DNA of 64,000 bases from an uncultured bacterium (lineage in GTDB: Bacteria > Acidobacteriota > Thermoanaerobaculia > Multivoradales > JAHZIX01), in contig CBDUPA010000002.1 in assembly GCA_965368975.1 (NCBI GenBank), forward strand, positions 448,001 to 512,000, given 5' to 3'. The notes below the pieces were generated by a model. It was not told the origin of the DNA, did not search any database, and worked only from the letters and a program-made list of their open reading frames with translations. Shown piece after piece: positions 1 through 10,459 of this stretch. Position 1 is the first letter of the stretch. The number at the start of each line of letters is the position of its first letter. The position numbers were made by a program, and so were the translations under genes.

Positions 1-2
1 CG

Positions 3-995
3 ACCGAAGGTGCGATCAGCGCATCAATCACGCGACTCGATGCTGACACCCTGCATGGGAAGGTTCCGGTACCGGCTTCCCCGAGCAGCAGGACACCCGC
101 GACCCCGATCGGGCGTCCGACACTCGGCAAGCGTGTTTACGTCCTCGACGCCTGGCTGCGGACCGTGCCGCTCGGGGTACCTGGCGAGCTGTGCATCGGC
201 GGCCAGGTCGCGCGCGGCTACCTGGGTGACGCCGGCAAGACGGCCACAAGCTTCCTGCCCGATGCCTTCTCCACCCAGGCCGGCGGCCGGCTCTACAAGA
301 CCGGCGACCTCGTGCGCCATCTCGCCGACGGCCAGCTACAGTTCCTCGGCCGCGCCGACGACCAGGTCAAGCTGCGGGGCTTCCGCGTCGAGCTGGGCGA
401 GATCGAAGCCGCCCTGGTACGCCATCCGGCGGTCAGCGAAGCCGCGGCCCTGGTGCATGGCGAGGGCCCGCAGGCCCGCCTGGTCGCGGCCTATGTTGCG
501 GCAGAGGGCACGGCTCCAGAGGGCACGGCTCCAGAACCCGGCGAGTTGCGCGAGTTCCTCTCGCACCAGCTGCCGGCCGCGCTCGTGCCTGGCGGCTTCC
601 TGCAGGTCGATGCACTACCGCGGACCAGCGCCGGCAAGCTGGACCGGCGAGCGCTGGCCAAGGCTGCGGCGGAGAGTGCCGCGGAGCACGCGACCGCTCT
701 CGGCGCACGCATGCACGAGCCGCCCGAAGGTGAACTCGAAGCGATTCTGGCCGAATACTTCCAGGATCTGCTCGGCGTCGAACACGTCGGTCGTCACGAC
801 GACTTCTTCGACCTCGGTGGTCACTCGATGGTCGCCACCTGGCTGATCGGCCGCATCGTCGAAGAACTCAGCGTCGAGCTGCCGCTGCAAGCGCTGTTCG
901 AAGCCCCCACCATCGCCGGCCTCGCGCGACTGATCGCGCCACGGCTGCCAGAAGACACCGCCGTCGACCCCGCGGCGGAAGACCAGGGGCTATAA
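3..995 (+). CDS. NRPS, 3' end (C-terminal half of adenylation domain + PCP), 5'-truncated by window edge
   Basis: Frame open from position 3 (TEGAISAS...PIGRP), then [34 protein letters not shown] (A10 Lys) and PCP motif FFDLGGHS. No TE. Confidence 0.93.
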   Translation, partial: TEGAISASITRLDADTLHGKVPVPASPSSRTPATPIGRPTLGKRVYVLDAWLRTVPLGVPGELCIGGQVARGYLGDAGKTATSFLPDAFSTQAGGRLYKTGDLVRHLADGQLQFLGRADDQVKLRGFRVELGEIEAALVRHPAVSEAAALVHGEGPQARLVAAYVAAEGTAPEGTAPEPGELREFLSHQLPAALVPGGFLQVDALPRTSAGKLDRRALAKAAAESAAEHATALGARMHEPPEGELEAILAEYFQDLLGVEHVGRHDDFFDLGGHSMVATWLIGRIVEELSVELPLQALFEAPTIAGLARLIAPRLPEDTAVDPAAEDQGL

Positions 996-1005
996 TCCGT
1001 CGCGC

Positions 1006-1620
1006 ATGGACAAACACGACACCACACCTTCCTCGCTGCAACGCCTCGACCAGCAGATCCGCTTTACCCTCGAAATCGACAACCTGAAGCACGTCATCCG
1101 ACGCTGCTACCTGGTCAACGGTGAGCGGCGCGAGAACACCGCCGAGCACAGCTGGCACCTGGCGGTGGGCGCCGTGGTGCTGGCCGAGCACGTCGACGAA
1201 GAGGTCGACCTGCTGCGGGTGCTCAAGATGGCGCTGATCCACGACATCGTCGAGATCGACGCTGGGGACACCTTCGCCTACGATGCGAAAGGCTACGAGG
1301 ACAAGGCCGAGCGCGAACAACTTGCGGCCGAGCGGCTGTTCGGCCTGCTGCCCGAGAATCAGGCCAGCGAGTTCCGCCAGCTGTGGCACGAGTTCGAGGC
1401 CATCGAGACGCCGGAGGCCCGCTTCGCCACCGCCCTCGACCGCCTGATGCCGATGCTGCACAACTACCACACCGAAGGCCGCGCCTGGCGCGAACACGGC
1501 GTCACCAGCGAGCAAGTCCTGGGACGCATGAAAGACATCCGGCCCGCGTCGGAAAGCTTGTGGCAATTCGTCCAGGCGCTGGTACAGGACGCGGTCGACA
1601 AGGGCTTCCTGGCGGCCTGA
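1006..1620 (+). CDS. HD-domain phosphohydrolase (HD_3/HDDC2-like family)
   Basis: RRENTAEHSW, LIHDIVEIDAGD and ALDRLMP motifs. Confidence 0.88.
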   Translation: MDKHDTTPSSLQRLDQQIRFTLEIDNLKHVIRRCYLVNGERRENTAEHSWHLAVGAVVLAEHVDEEVDLLRVLKMALIHDIVEIDAGDTFAYDAKGYEDKAEREQLAAERLFGLLPENQASEFRQLWHEFEAIETPEARFATALDRLMPMLHNYHTEGRAWREHGVTSEQVLGRMKDIRPASESLWQFVQALVQDAVDKGFLAA

Positions 1621-1642
1621 TCCGCCGGACGAAAGGAACGAT

Positions 1643-2563
1643 GTGCCCAACGATTCAGACACCCAGAGCGGCTTCGACATTCAAAGTGTAGAGATCGGCG
1701 GACGCCCCGTCGGCCCCGGACACCCGACCTACATCATCGGTGAGATCGGCATCAACCACAACGGCGATCTCGACGTCGCCCGCAAGTTGATCGACGCCGC
1801 CGCACTGGCCGGCTGCGACGCGGTGAAGTTCCAGAAGCGCACACCAGAGGTCTGCGTGCCACCCGAGCAGCAAAGTGTGATGCGTGAGACACCGTGGGGG
1901 CTGATCAGCTACCTCGACTACCGCTACAAGGTCGAGTTCGGCGAAGACGAGTACCGGCAGATTGACGCCTACTGCAAGGACAAAGGCATCCATTGGTTCG
2001 CCTCACCCTGGGATGTCCCCTCTGTCGACTTCCTCGAAGCCTTCGACCCCGTCTGCTACAAAGTAGCTTCCGCCTGCCTCACCGACGCCGACCTGCTCAC
2101 ACGCCTGCACGCCACCGGCCGGCCGGTGATCCTGTCGACCGGCATGTCGACGCTGGACGAGATCCGCACGGCCGTCGCGCGCCTGGGCGAGGGGCAGGGC
2201 AAGGAACGCTTGTTGGTCGCCCACACCACCAGCACCTATCCCTGCCCGGCGGAAGAGCTGAATCTGCAGATGATCGACACCCTGGCCCAGGAGTTCGGCG
2301 TACCGATCGGCTACTCAGGGCACGAGGTCGGCCTGCAAACCACCTGCGCCGCGGTCGTCCTCGGCGCCTGCTTCGTCGAGCGTCACATCACCGTCGACCG
2401 CGCCATGTGGGGCAGCGACCAGGCCGCCTCGGTCGAGCCCTGGGGCCTGATGCGCCTGGTGCGCGACATCCGCGTGGTCGAAAAGGCCCTCGGCGACGGC
2501 GTCAAGCAGGTGTACGACAGCGAAAAGAAGGCCCGCGCCAAACTGCGTCGCGTGACGTCCTGA
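1643..2563 (+). CDS. neuB: N-acetylneuraminate/nonulosonate synthase family protein (short form, no C-terminal SAF/antifreeze-like domain)
   Basis: IIGEIGINHNG, DAVKFQ, ILSTGMS, GYSGHE, VERHIT, SDQAAS. GTG start with AAGGA RBS. Confidence 0.88.
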   Translation: MPNDSDTQSGFDIQSVEIGGRPVGPGHPTYIIGEIGINHNGDLDVARKLIDAAALAGCDAVKFQKRTPEVCVPPEQQSVMRETPWGLISYLDYRYKVEFGEDEYRQIDAYCKDKGIHWFASPWDVPSVDFLEAFDPVCYKVASACLTDADLLTRLHATGRPVILSTGMSTLDEIRTAVARLGEGQGKERLLVAHTTSTYPCPAEELNLQMIDTLAQEFGVPIGYSGHEVGLQTTCAAVVLGACFVERHITVDRAMWGSDQAASVEPWGLMRLVRDIRVVEKALGDGVKQVYDSEKKARAKLRRVTS

Positions 2564-2595
2564 CACTCTTCTTCTGAATCCCGTCCGGAGAACTG

Positions 2596-3306
2596 ATGCG
2601 TCATCTACTCTTGATCAGCACGTCCCGTACCCACGGCACCGGCTTCCTTGAACACTGCGCCAGAGACCTGCAAGAGCGCTTCCAGAGCGCCGCCGATGCC
2701 GCAAAGCCGGTGATTTTCGTCCCGTACGCCTTCAAGGACTACGACAGCTACATCGCCATCGCGCGTCCAGCGTTCGAGAGCATGGGTTTCACGTGCCGCG
2801 GCATCCACGAAGGCGATCCGCGCCAGAACCTGCAGGAGGCAGGGGCGGTGTTCATCGGTGGCGGCAACACGTTCCGTCTCCTCGACACCTTGTACCGCGA
2901 GCAGCTCGTCGAACCCCTGCGTGAACGGGTCGGGAACGGCATGCCCTACGCCGGTGCCAGTGCCGGCTCCAACGTCGCTACGCTCAACATCCGCACCACC
3001 AACGACATGCCGATCCTCCAGCCACCCACCTTCGACGCACTGGGCTTCATCCCGTTCAACCTCAACCCGCACTACCTGGACCCGGATCCGAACTCCAAGC
3101 ACATGGGCGAGACCCGCGAGACACGGATCAAGGAGTTTCACGAAGAGAACGAGCAGCCGGTGTTGGGACTGCGGGAAGGATCGATGCTGTGGGTGGACGA
3201 CGACACGGCGCAGATCCGTGGTGAAGTCGGGGCACGATTGTTCTTGCGCGGTGAAAAGGCGCGGGAGCTGGAGCCGGGTGCGGATGTGTCGTTCTTGCTA
3301 ACCTAG
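2596..3306 (+). CDS. pepE: Dipeptidase E (peptidase S51)
   Basis: IGGGNTFRLL, GASAGSN, TTNDMPI, NLNPHY, GETRETRI, GLREG. Confidence 0.93.
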   Translation: MRHLLLISTSRTHGTGFLEHCARDLQERFQSAADAAKPVIFVPYAFKDYDSYIAIARPAFESMGFTCRGIHEGDPRQNLQEAGAVFIGGGNTFRLLDTLYREQLVEPLRERVGNGMPYAGASAGSNVATLNIRTTNDMPILQPPTFDALGFIPFNLNPHYLDPDPNSKHMGETRETRIKEFHEENEQPVLGLREGSMLWVDDDTAQIRGEVGARLFLRGEKARELEPGADVSFLLT

Positions 3307-3447
3307 CCGCCAGATCTTGGCTTGCCCAGAGCGTTCCGGCACAGACTCCGGCGGTCTGGTATCGTCGCTCTTCCGCCCCGCGGACCACCGATTATCCTGC
3401 GGTATACTTCGCATTCACGCTCATTATCCTCAAAACAAGCTGAGATC

Positions 3448-4869
3448 ATGTTCGACGGACTCCAAGGCAAGCTCAACGACGTCTTCCGCAACCTGCGTGG
3501 CGAAGGACGCATCACTGAACAGACGCTGAACGCGGCGCTACGCCAGATCCGATTGGCGATGCTGGAGGCGGACGTGCACATCCGCGTGGTGCGGCCGTTC
3601 ATCGACCGTATTCGCGAGAAGTCGCTGGGGCAGGAAGTCCTGCAAAGCCTGTCAGCGCCGCAGCAGGTGATCAAGATCGTCCGCGACGAGTTGATCGGGC
3701 TGCTGGGGGAAGACGGCGCCGAGCTGCGGCTGGACAAGCGCCCTTCCGTCGTCCTGATGTGCGGCTTGCAGGGTTCGGGTAAGACGACGACTTCTGGCAA
3801 GCTGGCCAAGCGGCTCAAGAGCAAGGGCCGGCAACCTCTGCTGGTGGCCGGTGACTTGCAGCGCGCGGCGGCGGTGGAGCAGCTGGTCCAAGTGGGCAGT
3901 CAGGCCGGAACCCCGGTGGTGCAGCCCGAGGACGGAGAGGGCGTGCTGGCACTGGCCAAACGGGCCCTTCGGCATGCTCAGGATCACGGCAACGACACCC
4001 TGATCTTCGATACCGCCGGCCGTCTGCACGTCGACACCGAGTTGATGGACGAGCTGAAGGCACTGGCGAAGCAACTGGATCCGCAGGAGATCCTGTTCGT
4101 CGCCGACTCGATGACCGGTCAGGACGCGGTGCGCAGTGCCGAGCAGTTCGCCGAGGCGCTCGACCTCACTGGCGTGGTGTTGACCAAGATGGACGGCGAC
4201 ACGCGCGGTGGTGCGGCGCTGTCGATCCGCACCGTGGCACGGGTGCCGATCCGCTTCGTGGGTGTCGGCGAGAAGCTGGAGGAGATCGAACTCTTCCACC
4301 CGGAGCGCCTGGCCGGACGCATGATCGGCATGGGCGACGTGCTCAGCCTGATCGAGAAGGCCGAGCAGAACATCGACCAGGAAGAAGCCGAGCGCCTGGC
4401 CAAGCGGGCGATGAAGGCCCAGTTCACGCTCGAGGATCTGCGCGACCAGCTCAAGCAGCTGCGGCGCATGGGCCCGCTCAGTCAGATCCTGGGCATGCTA
4501 CCCAAGGCCGGTCCGCTCAAAGGTCTCGACGCCTCGCAGGTGGACGAGTCGCAGTTCAAGCGCATCGAAGCGTTGATCAACTCGATGACGGCGGAGGAAC
4601 GGCGACGCCCCGAGGTGTTCAATTCCAGCCGCAAGCGGCGCGTGGCGAAGGGCTCCGGCACGTCCGTCGCCGAGCTGAACCGGCTGCTCAAGCAGTACAA
4701 GACGATGCGCAAGATGCTCAAGGGCAAGCAAGGCAAGATGATGCGTAAGATGATGAGCGGCGGTATGGATATGGGCGGTGGCGGTGGTCTGGGCTTGGGC
4801 GGCGGAGGCGGCTTGGGCGGCGGAGGCGGCTTTGGGGGCGGAGGCGGCCTGGGCGGCGGGCGGTTCTAG
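3448..4869 (+). CDS. ffh: Signal recognition particle protein with Gly-rich C-terminal tail
   Basis: GLQGSGKTT, DTAGR, TKMDGD, M-domain RRVAKGSG. Start taken at the ATG at 3448 (MFDGLQ). Confidence 0.97.
   Translation: MFDGLQGKLNDVFRNLRGEGRITEQTLNAALRQIRLAMLEADVHIRVVRPFIDRIREKSLGQEVLQSLSAPQQVIKIVRDELIGLLGEDGAELRLDKRPSVVLMCGLQGSGKTTTSGKLAKRLKSKGRQPLLVAGDLQRAAAVEQLVQVGSQAGTPVVQPEDGEGVLALAKRALRHAQDHGNDTLIFDTAGRLHVDTELMDELKALAKQLDPQEILFVADSMTGQDAVRSAEQFAEALDLTGVVLTKMDGDTRGGAALSIRTVARVPIRFVGVGEKLEEIELFHPERLAGRMIGMGDVLSLIEKAEQNIDQEEAERLAKRAMKAQFTLEDLRDQLKQLRRMGPLSQILGMLPKAGPLKGLDASQVDESQFKRIEALINSMTAEERRRPEVFNSSRKRRVAKGSGTSVAELNRLLKQYKTMRKMLKGKQGKMMRKMMSGGMDMGGGGGLGLGGGGGLGGGGGFGGGGGLGGGRF
4774..4860 (+). 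repeat. Imperfect 18-bp tandem repeats encoding (GGGGG[LF])n in the Ffh tail
   Basis: ggcggcggaggcggcttg-like units read directly. Confidence 0.8.
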
Positions 4870-4885
4870 CACCCGGTAGGACGCC

Positions 4886-7800
4886 GTGGAGCAACAGAGC
4901 ACCGGCCTTGAGATCGCGGTCATCGGCTTGGCTGGACGCTTCCCTGGTGCCCCGGACATCGAGACCTTCTGGCGCAATCTCGACGCTGGCGTCGAGAGCA
5001 TTCGCTCCTTCAGCGACGAGGAACTGCTGGAGGCCGGTGTTGCGCTGGAGATACTGGCGGATCCGGCGTACGTCCGGGCGCGCGGCTATCTCGACGACAG
5101 CGAGCTGTTCGACGCGGAGCTGTTCGGCTTCAATGCACGCGAGGCGGAGATTCTCGATCCCCAGCAGCGCTTGTTCCTGGAAGTCGCTTGGAGCGCACTT
5201 GAGCACGCCGGCTACGGCCGCGGCGGCGAACGACCGTCAGTAGGCGTCTACGCTGGCGTCAGCCTCAACGGCTATTTCCTGAACAACCTGCAGACGCGCC
5301 CCGAGGTGCTGGCGGCGGTCGGTACGATGCAGGTCGGCACCGGAATCGACAAGGACTTCCTGGCGACGCGCGTTTCCTACAAGCTGGATCTGCAAGGTCC
5401 CAGCGTCAGCGTCCAGACCGCGTGCTCGACGTCGCTGGTGGCGGTGCACCTGGCGTGCCAGGCACTGCTCTGCGGTGAATGTGACATCGCCCTGGCAGGC
5501 GGTGCGTCGTTGGGTGTACCGCCGGTCTCCGGCTACCTGTACCAGGAAGGCGGCATCCTGTCTCCGGATGGGCATTGCCGCGCTTTCGACGCTGACGCCG
5601 CGGGCTGTCTGGCCGGGCACGGCGCCGGCGCGGTGGTGCTCAAGCGGCTCGACGACGCGCTGGCCGACCGCGACACGCTGTACGCGGTGATCAAGGGCTC
5701 GGCAATCAACAACGACGGGGCGCTGAAGGCTGGCTACACGGCACCGAGCGTCGACGGACAGGCTGCCGTGGTGCGGGCAGCACTGCGCGTGGCCGAGGTC
5801 GAGCCGTCGTCCATCGGCCTGATCGAAGCGCATGGCACGGGCACGCCGCTGGGAGATCCGATCGAGATCACCGCGCTGCGGCAGGCTTTTGAGATCGACG
5901 AGCAGGCGCTCGACCCCGGCAGCTGCGCGATCGGCTCGGTGAAGACGAACATCGGTCATCTCGATGCCGCTGCCGGCATCGCCGGCCTGATCAAGGCCGT
6001 GCAGGCGCTGCGCTACCGGCGACTGCCACCGAGCCTGCACTTCCGCACGCCCAATCCCCAGCTGCAACTCGATCGCTCGCCCTTCTTCGTGCCGGTCGAG
6101 AGTGCGGCTTGGGCGGCGGCAGACGGGGCTGGTTGGCCCCGGCGGGCGGGGGTGAGCTCCTTCGGCATCGGCGGGACCAACGCCCACGTGATCCTGGAGG
6201 AAGCGCCGTGCATCGATGCGGCGGACCGGCGCGAGACGGCTCGACCCTGGCAGCTGCTGTGTCTCAGCGGACAGCGTCAGGAGGCCATCGAGCAGCTGTG
6301 CCACGCACTGGCAGCACAGCTGAGCGAGACGGGGGACGTCCCTCTTGCAGACGTCGCCTACACTCTCCACCTCGGTCGGCGACCCTTGCGGCACCGCGCG
6401 GTTGTGGTAGCCCGAGACATCGCCGACGCGGCGCGAGTACTGGCTGGCGACATGCCCGAGCGCCTGCTGCACGGCACGGCCACCCAGGGCCGCACGCCCG
6501 TCGCGTTCTTGTTCTCTGGTCAGGGCACACAGTACCCCGGTATGGCGCGCGAGCTGTACGAGCGCGAGCCCGTGTTCCGGCGCCACCTGGACTACTGCCT
6601 GGAGTTGCTGCAACCCCACCTGGACACGGACCTGCGTCGTTGGTTGCTGCCGGTGGACAGTGAAGAGGGGCAGGCCGCGGAGGCGTTGCGGCGCACCGAG
6701 CTGACGCAGCCGGCACTGTTCGCCGTCGAGCATGCGCTGTACGAGCTGTGGCAGAGCTGGGGCGTCGAGCCGGACGCGCTGTTGGGGCACAGCATCGGCG
6801 AGTGGGTCGCCGCTTGCCGGGCCGGCGTGCTGACGCTCGAGGCGGCGCTCGAGGCCATCGCGCTGCGCGGACGCCTGGTGGCACAGTGTCCGCTGGGCGC
6901 CATGCTCAGCGTTCCCTTGTCGGAAGCGGAACTCGAGACCTGGCTGACAGGCCGGAACGTCGAGATCGCGGCGATCAACGCGCCACGGCTGTGCGCGGTG
7001 GCCGGGCCGCATGCCGACGTCGAAGCGCTGGAGGCTGAGCTGCGCGCCGACGGCGTCGAGGTTCGGCGGCTACACACCTCGCACGCGTTTCATACGCATG
7101 CCCTGCAGCCAGCGGCGACAGCCTTGCAGGAGCACCTGAGGCATGTCGAGTTGCGCGCGCCGCACTTGCCTTTTGTCTCCAATGTCACCGGAACCTGGAT
7201 CACCGAGAGCGAAGCCACCGACCCCGCCTACTGGGGTCACCAGCTTCTGCGGCCGGTGCGCTTCGCGGACGGCCTGGGGACGCTGCTCGGTTCTTCGCTC
7301 GGAGGCGGCCGGCGCTTGCTGCTGGAAGTCGGCCCTGGGCACACCTTGAGCCGGCTGGCTCGGTTGCATCCGAGCTTCGCCGAGGATCGAGGAGGTCCAC
7401 TTCCCGTGGTGGCATCTCTACCACCGGCACCGAGAGCCGGCATCGCCACCCAGAGCGCGAAGACGTCGACCGAAGATGCGCAAGCGTCGATGCTGACGGC
7501 CCTCGGCCGCCTGTGGCAGTGCGGCGTCCAGGTCGACTGGCAGCTTCTGTACGACGGCCAGGCGCGACGCCGGCGGCCGTTGCCGACGTATCCGTTCCAG
7601 CACCGTCGCTACTGGCTCGACGCCGCTCCTCGGCAGGAGGCCAGCGGCGCTAGCGCGACGAGCCGGCAGCCGCTACCGAGATGGTTCTGGCGACCGGTCT
7701 GGCAACAGGCTCCTCCGGCAACGGCCGCTGCACTCCCGGGCGACCGGCCACGACACCTAGTGCTCGCAGGCGAGCCGGGCAAGGCTCGTGACGAACTGGC

Positions 7801-10459
7801 CGGGGAGTTGGACAGCCAGGGCTGGGCGGTACGACCGGTGGCGTCGCCGGGCACACGGGAGACATGGCTGCACCTGCTGCGACAGCTGCGGGAAGCAGAA
7901 GCCTCACCCCGACGTATTGTGCATCTCGGTTCCTACGGCACGGCTTTCGATGGAACTGGGACCGAGGCGGTAAGCCGACCTGATTTTCACACCTCCTTCA
8001 CGCCTTTGCTGACGCTGGCACAAGCTCTGAGTGAGCTGGGTCCCAGCGCGGATTCCAATGCCAATGCAGCCAATGCGAACGGCAGCGAGGGCGGCATCGA
8101 CGTGCTGGCGGTGACGGTCGCGGCGTGGCCGGTCACCGGCGACGAGCACGCCCGAGCGGAAGAAGCGCTGACGTTGGGCCCGCTGCGAACGTTGCCGCAC
8201 GAAGTTCCTGGCATTCACTGCCGGGCAGTGGATATCGAGCAGACCTCGGCACGGCGGCTGGCTGCGGCGCTGTCGGAGTCGCTGGAGGTACAGCCACTGG
8301 AGGGAATGGATCTGCTGGCGCTACGGGGACGGCGTCGTTGGTGCTGGCACTGGGAGCCGGTTGAACTGCCCGGCTCGTCAGAGGCGCGCCAGCGAACTGA
8401 AGGCGTCTACCTGATCACCGGCGGTCTCGGGGGTCTGGGACGCGTGTTCGCTGAGCACCTCTTGACGCACGGCGCCACGGTGGTGACCATCGGTCGGTCC
8501 ACGGGGGCAGGGGAGGGGGTTGAGGCCTTGATCGCCGCCGGGGGCCCATGCTGGCTCCACCTGACCGCGGACGTCAGCGACGAGGACGCGATGCGGCAGG
8601 TCTTTGCCACTATCGGGGAGCGCTGGGGGCGGCTCGACGGCGTCATTCACGCTGCCGGGATTCCCGGTGAGGGTGCGTTGGCGCGTATCTCCGCTACGGA
8701 CGCTGAAGCCGTACTGGCACCCAAGGTCAGAGGCACGCGGGTATTGGATCGGCTGCTGCGCGAACCTGCCTCGAATGGTGAACCCTGGCTGCATCAGCTG
8801 GAATTCTTCCTGCTCTGCGGCTCACTGACCGGTCACCTCGGCGGTCCCGGTCAGGTCGCCTACACCGCCGCCAATCTCTTCCTGGACGCCTATGCACAGC
8901 GGACAGCGCTGGAACTGGAAGACCTGCCGTCTGCTCCGCATGTGATCGCGGTGGACTGGGACGCCTGGGCCGAAGTGGGCATGGCGGCCGCGGCCGTGCG
9001 AGGAGTGGCCTCGCCGCGCGAGCGCTCTGGCGACGAGAAGGACAGCCAGCGAATCGACGCTCATCCTCTGCTCCAGCAGCGGCGGATCGAGGGCGAGACG
9101 GTGGTCTTCACCAGCCGCCTGCACGCGAGCGATACCTGGGTACTGGCGGATCACCGAACGGGCGGCCGGTCGGTGCTTCCGGGTACTGGCTATGTCGAGC
9201 TGCTGCGCACCGCGCTGCTGCTGCACGGAGATGAGGCTAGCGTCGAGGTCGGAGCTGAAGGAGGCGTCGAGATCTCACAGCTGATCTTGCTGCTGCCCAT
9301 GGCTTTTGACGATGCGGCGCGTGAGGTGCGGGTTCGCCTGCGACCGGAAGCTGGTGACGGGTTCAGCGCGGAGGTGGCCAGTCGAGGGACCAGTCGAAGT
9401 GACACGGACAAGAGCTGGTTGCTGCACGCGCAAGCTCGGGTCACCGCAGGCGCCGGCGCCGGGAGCACTACCAAAGCCGAAGATCTGGACAGCTTTCCGT
9501 CGCGGGTCACCGATGAGGACGAGGCGGGAGACAACCCGCTGTTCGACTTCGGCCCCCGCTGGCGCTGCATCCGGCAAGCTCGCACGACCCTCGAAGAGGC
9601 AGAGCATGCCCGCCTGCGACTGCCGGCGGAGTTCACGGCGGATCTGCAGGACTTCCCCCTGCACCCCGCCCTGCTCGACGCCGCGGTCGCGGCCCGGCCA
9701 CCGAGCGAAGCGCTGGAAGAGGCCGCGTACCTGCCCTTTGCCTACGATCGAGTACATATCCACCGTCCTCTGACGGCCGAGATTCTCAGCCGCATCACTC
9801 GGCACTCGACGAATCCTCCCAACTCTGCCAAGTTCGACGTGGTGGTCTTCGATACCGACGGTCGAGTGCTGGTGGAGATCGAAGGCTACACCTTGCGCCG
9901 GCTGAGTGCTGAGCAGCTCGCCGTACCGACCACGCAGCCGGCCGAGGAAGCACCGCTGGCACAGGCCATTCGCAATGCCGAGGGAATCGAAGTGCTCGAG
10001 CGGATCCTGGCGGACCAGCTACCGCAACGAGGCCTGGCGCAGGTGGCCGTCTCGACGGTTGATTTCGCAGCGCGGCTCGCACGGCTCGGCGAGACCCGCG
10101 CGCAGGTCGAGGGAGACGGCACCACCGCGAGCCACGCCAGACCCAACCTCTCGACGACCTACGTGGCGCCGAGTTCGGAGTTCGAGCGACACGTCGCCGA
10201 GGTGTGGAGGGAGTTGCTCGGCGTCGAGGAGCTCGGAGTTCACGACGACTTCTTCGAACTGGGTGGCCATTCGATCTTGGCAACGCAGAGCGCGGCCCGG
10301 TTGCGGGAGAAGCTCGGCACGGACATGCCCTTGGACGAGTTCTTCGAAGCCAACACCATCGCGCAGCTGGCGCAGCGTCTACTCGACTTTGAAGCCGAGA
10401 CAGCGGCGGAGGGCGCCGGCGCGAGATCTTTGGGCGACATCGAAGAAGGCTCCCTGTGA
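4886..10459 (+). CDS. Type I PKS module: KS-AT(malonyl)-KR with inserted DH-ACP
   Basis: KS VQTACSTS/HGTGT/KTNIGH; AT GHSIG and HAFH; KR ITGGLGGLG...YTAAN; DH LADHRTGGRSVLP and HPALLD; ACP GGHS. Confidence 0.95.
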   Translation: MEQQSTGLEIAVIGLAGRFPGAPDIETFWRNLDAGVESIRSFSDEELLEAGVALEILADPAYVRARGYLDDSELFDAELFGFNAREAEILDPQQRLFLEVAWSALEHAGYGRGGERPSVGVYAGVSLNGYFLNNLQTRPEVLAAVGTMQVGTGIDKDFLATRVSYKLDLQGPSVSVQTACSTSLVAVHLACQALLCGECDIALAGGASLGVPPVSGYLYQEGGILSPDGHCRAFDADAAGCLAGHGAGAVVLKRLDDALADRDTLYAVIKGSAINNDGALKAGYTAPSVDGQAAVVRAALRVAEVEPSSIGLIEAHGTGTPLGDPIEITALRQAFEIDEQALDPGSCAIGSVKTNIGHLDAAAGIAGLIKAVQALRYRRLPPSLHFRTPNPQLQLDRSPFFVPVESAAWAAADGAGWPRRAGVSSFGIGGTNAHVILEEAPCIDAADRRETARPWQLLCLSGQRQEAIEQLCHALAAQLSETGDVPLADVAYTLHLGRRPLRHRAVVVARDIADAARVLAGDMPERLLHGTATQGRTPVAFLFSGQGTQYPGMARELYEREPVFRRHLDYCLELLQPHLDTDLRRWLLPVDSEEGQAAEALRRTELTQPALFAVEHALYELWQSWGVEPDALLGHSIGEWVAACRAGVLTLEAALEAIALRGRLVAQCPLGAMLSVPLSEAELETWLTGRNVEIAAINAPRLCAVAGPHADVEALEAELRADGVEVRRLHTSHAFHTHALQPAATALQEHLRHVELRAPHLPFVSNVTGTWITESEATDPAYWGHQLLRPVRFADGLGTLLGSSLGGGRRLLLEVGPGHTLSRLARLHPSFAEDRGGPLPVVASLPPAPRAGIATQSAKTSTEDAQASMLTALGRLWQCGVQVDWQLLYDGQARRRRPLPTYPFQHRRYWLDAAPRQEASGASATSRQPLPRWFWRPVWQQAPPATAAALPGDRPRHLVLAGEPGKARDELAGELDSQGWAVRPVASPGTRETWLHLLRQLREAEASPRRIVHLGSYGTAFDGTGTEAVSRPDFHTSFTPLLTLAQALSELGPSADSNANAANANGSEGGIDVLAVTVAAWPVTGDEHARAEEALTLGPLRTLPHEVPGIHCRAVDIEQTSARRLAAALSESLEVQPLEGMDLLALRGRRRWCWHWEPVELPGSSEARQRTEGVYLITGGLGGLGRVFAEHLLTHGATVVTIGRSTGAGEGVEALIAAGGPCWLHLTADVSDEDAMRQVFATIGERWGRLDGVIHAAGIPGEGALARISATDAEAVLAPKVRGTRVLDRLLREPASNGEPWLHQLEFFLLCGSLTGHLGGPGQVAYTAANLFLDAYAQRTALELEDLPSAPHVIAVDWDAWAEVGMAAAAVRGVASPRERSGDEKDSQRIDAHPLLQQRRIEGETVVFTSRLHASDTWVLADHRTGGRSVLPGTGYVELLRTALLLHGDEASVEVGAEGGVEISQLILLLPMAFDDAAREVRVRLRPEAGDGFSAEVASRGTSRSDTDKSWLLHAQARVTAGAGAGSTTKAEDLDSFPSRVTDEDEAGDNPLFDFGPRWRCIRQARTTLEEAEHARLRLPAEFTADLQDFPLHPALLDAAVAARPPSEALEEAAYLPFAYDRVHIHRPLTAEILSRITRHSTNPPNSAKFDVVVFDTDGRVLVEIEGYTLRRLSAEQLAVPTTQPAEEAPLAQAIRNAEGIEVLERILADQLPQRGLAQVAVSTVDFAARLARLGETRAQVEGDGTTASHARPNLSTTYVAPSSEFERHVAEVWRELLGVEELGVHDDFFELGGHSILATQSAARLREKLGTDMPLDEFFEANTIAQLAQRLLDFEAETAAEGAGARSLGDIEEGSL

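Noticed and set aside
3322-3447. N-terminal extension of Ffh
   Set aside because: Ffh homology begins at MFDGL (3448); the upstream sequence looks like promoter/UTR.
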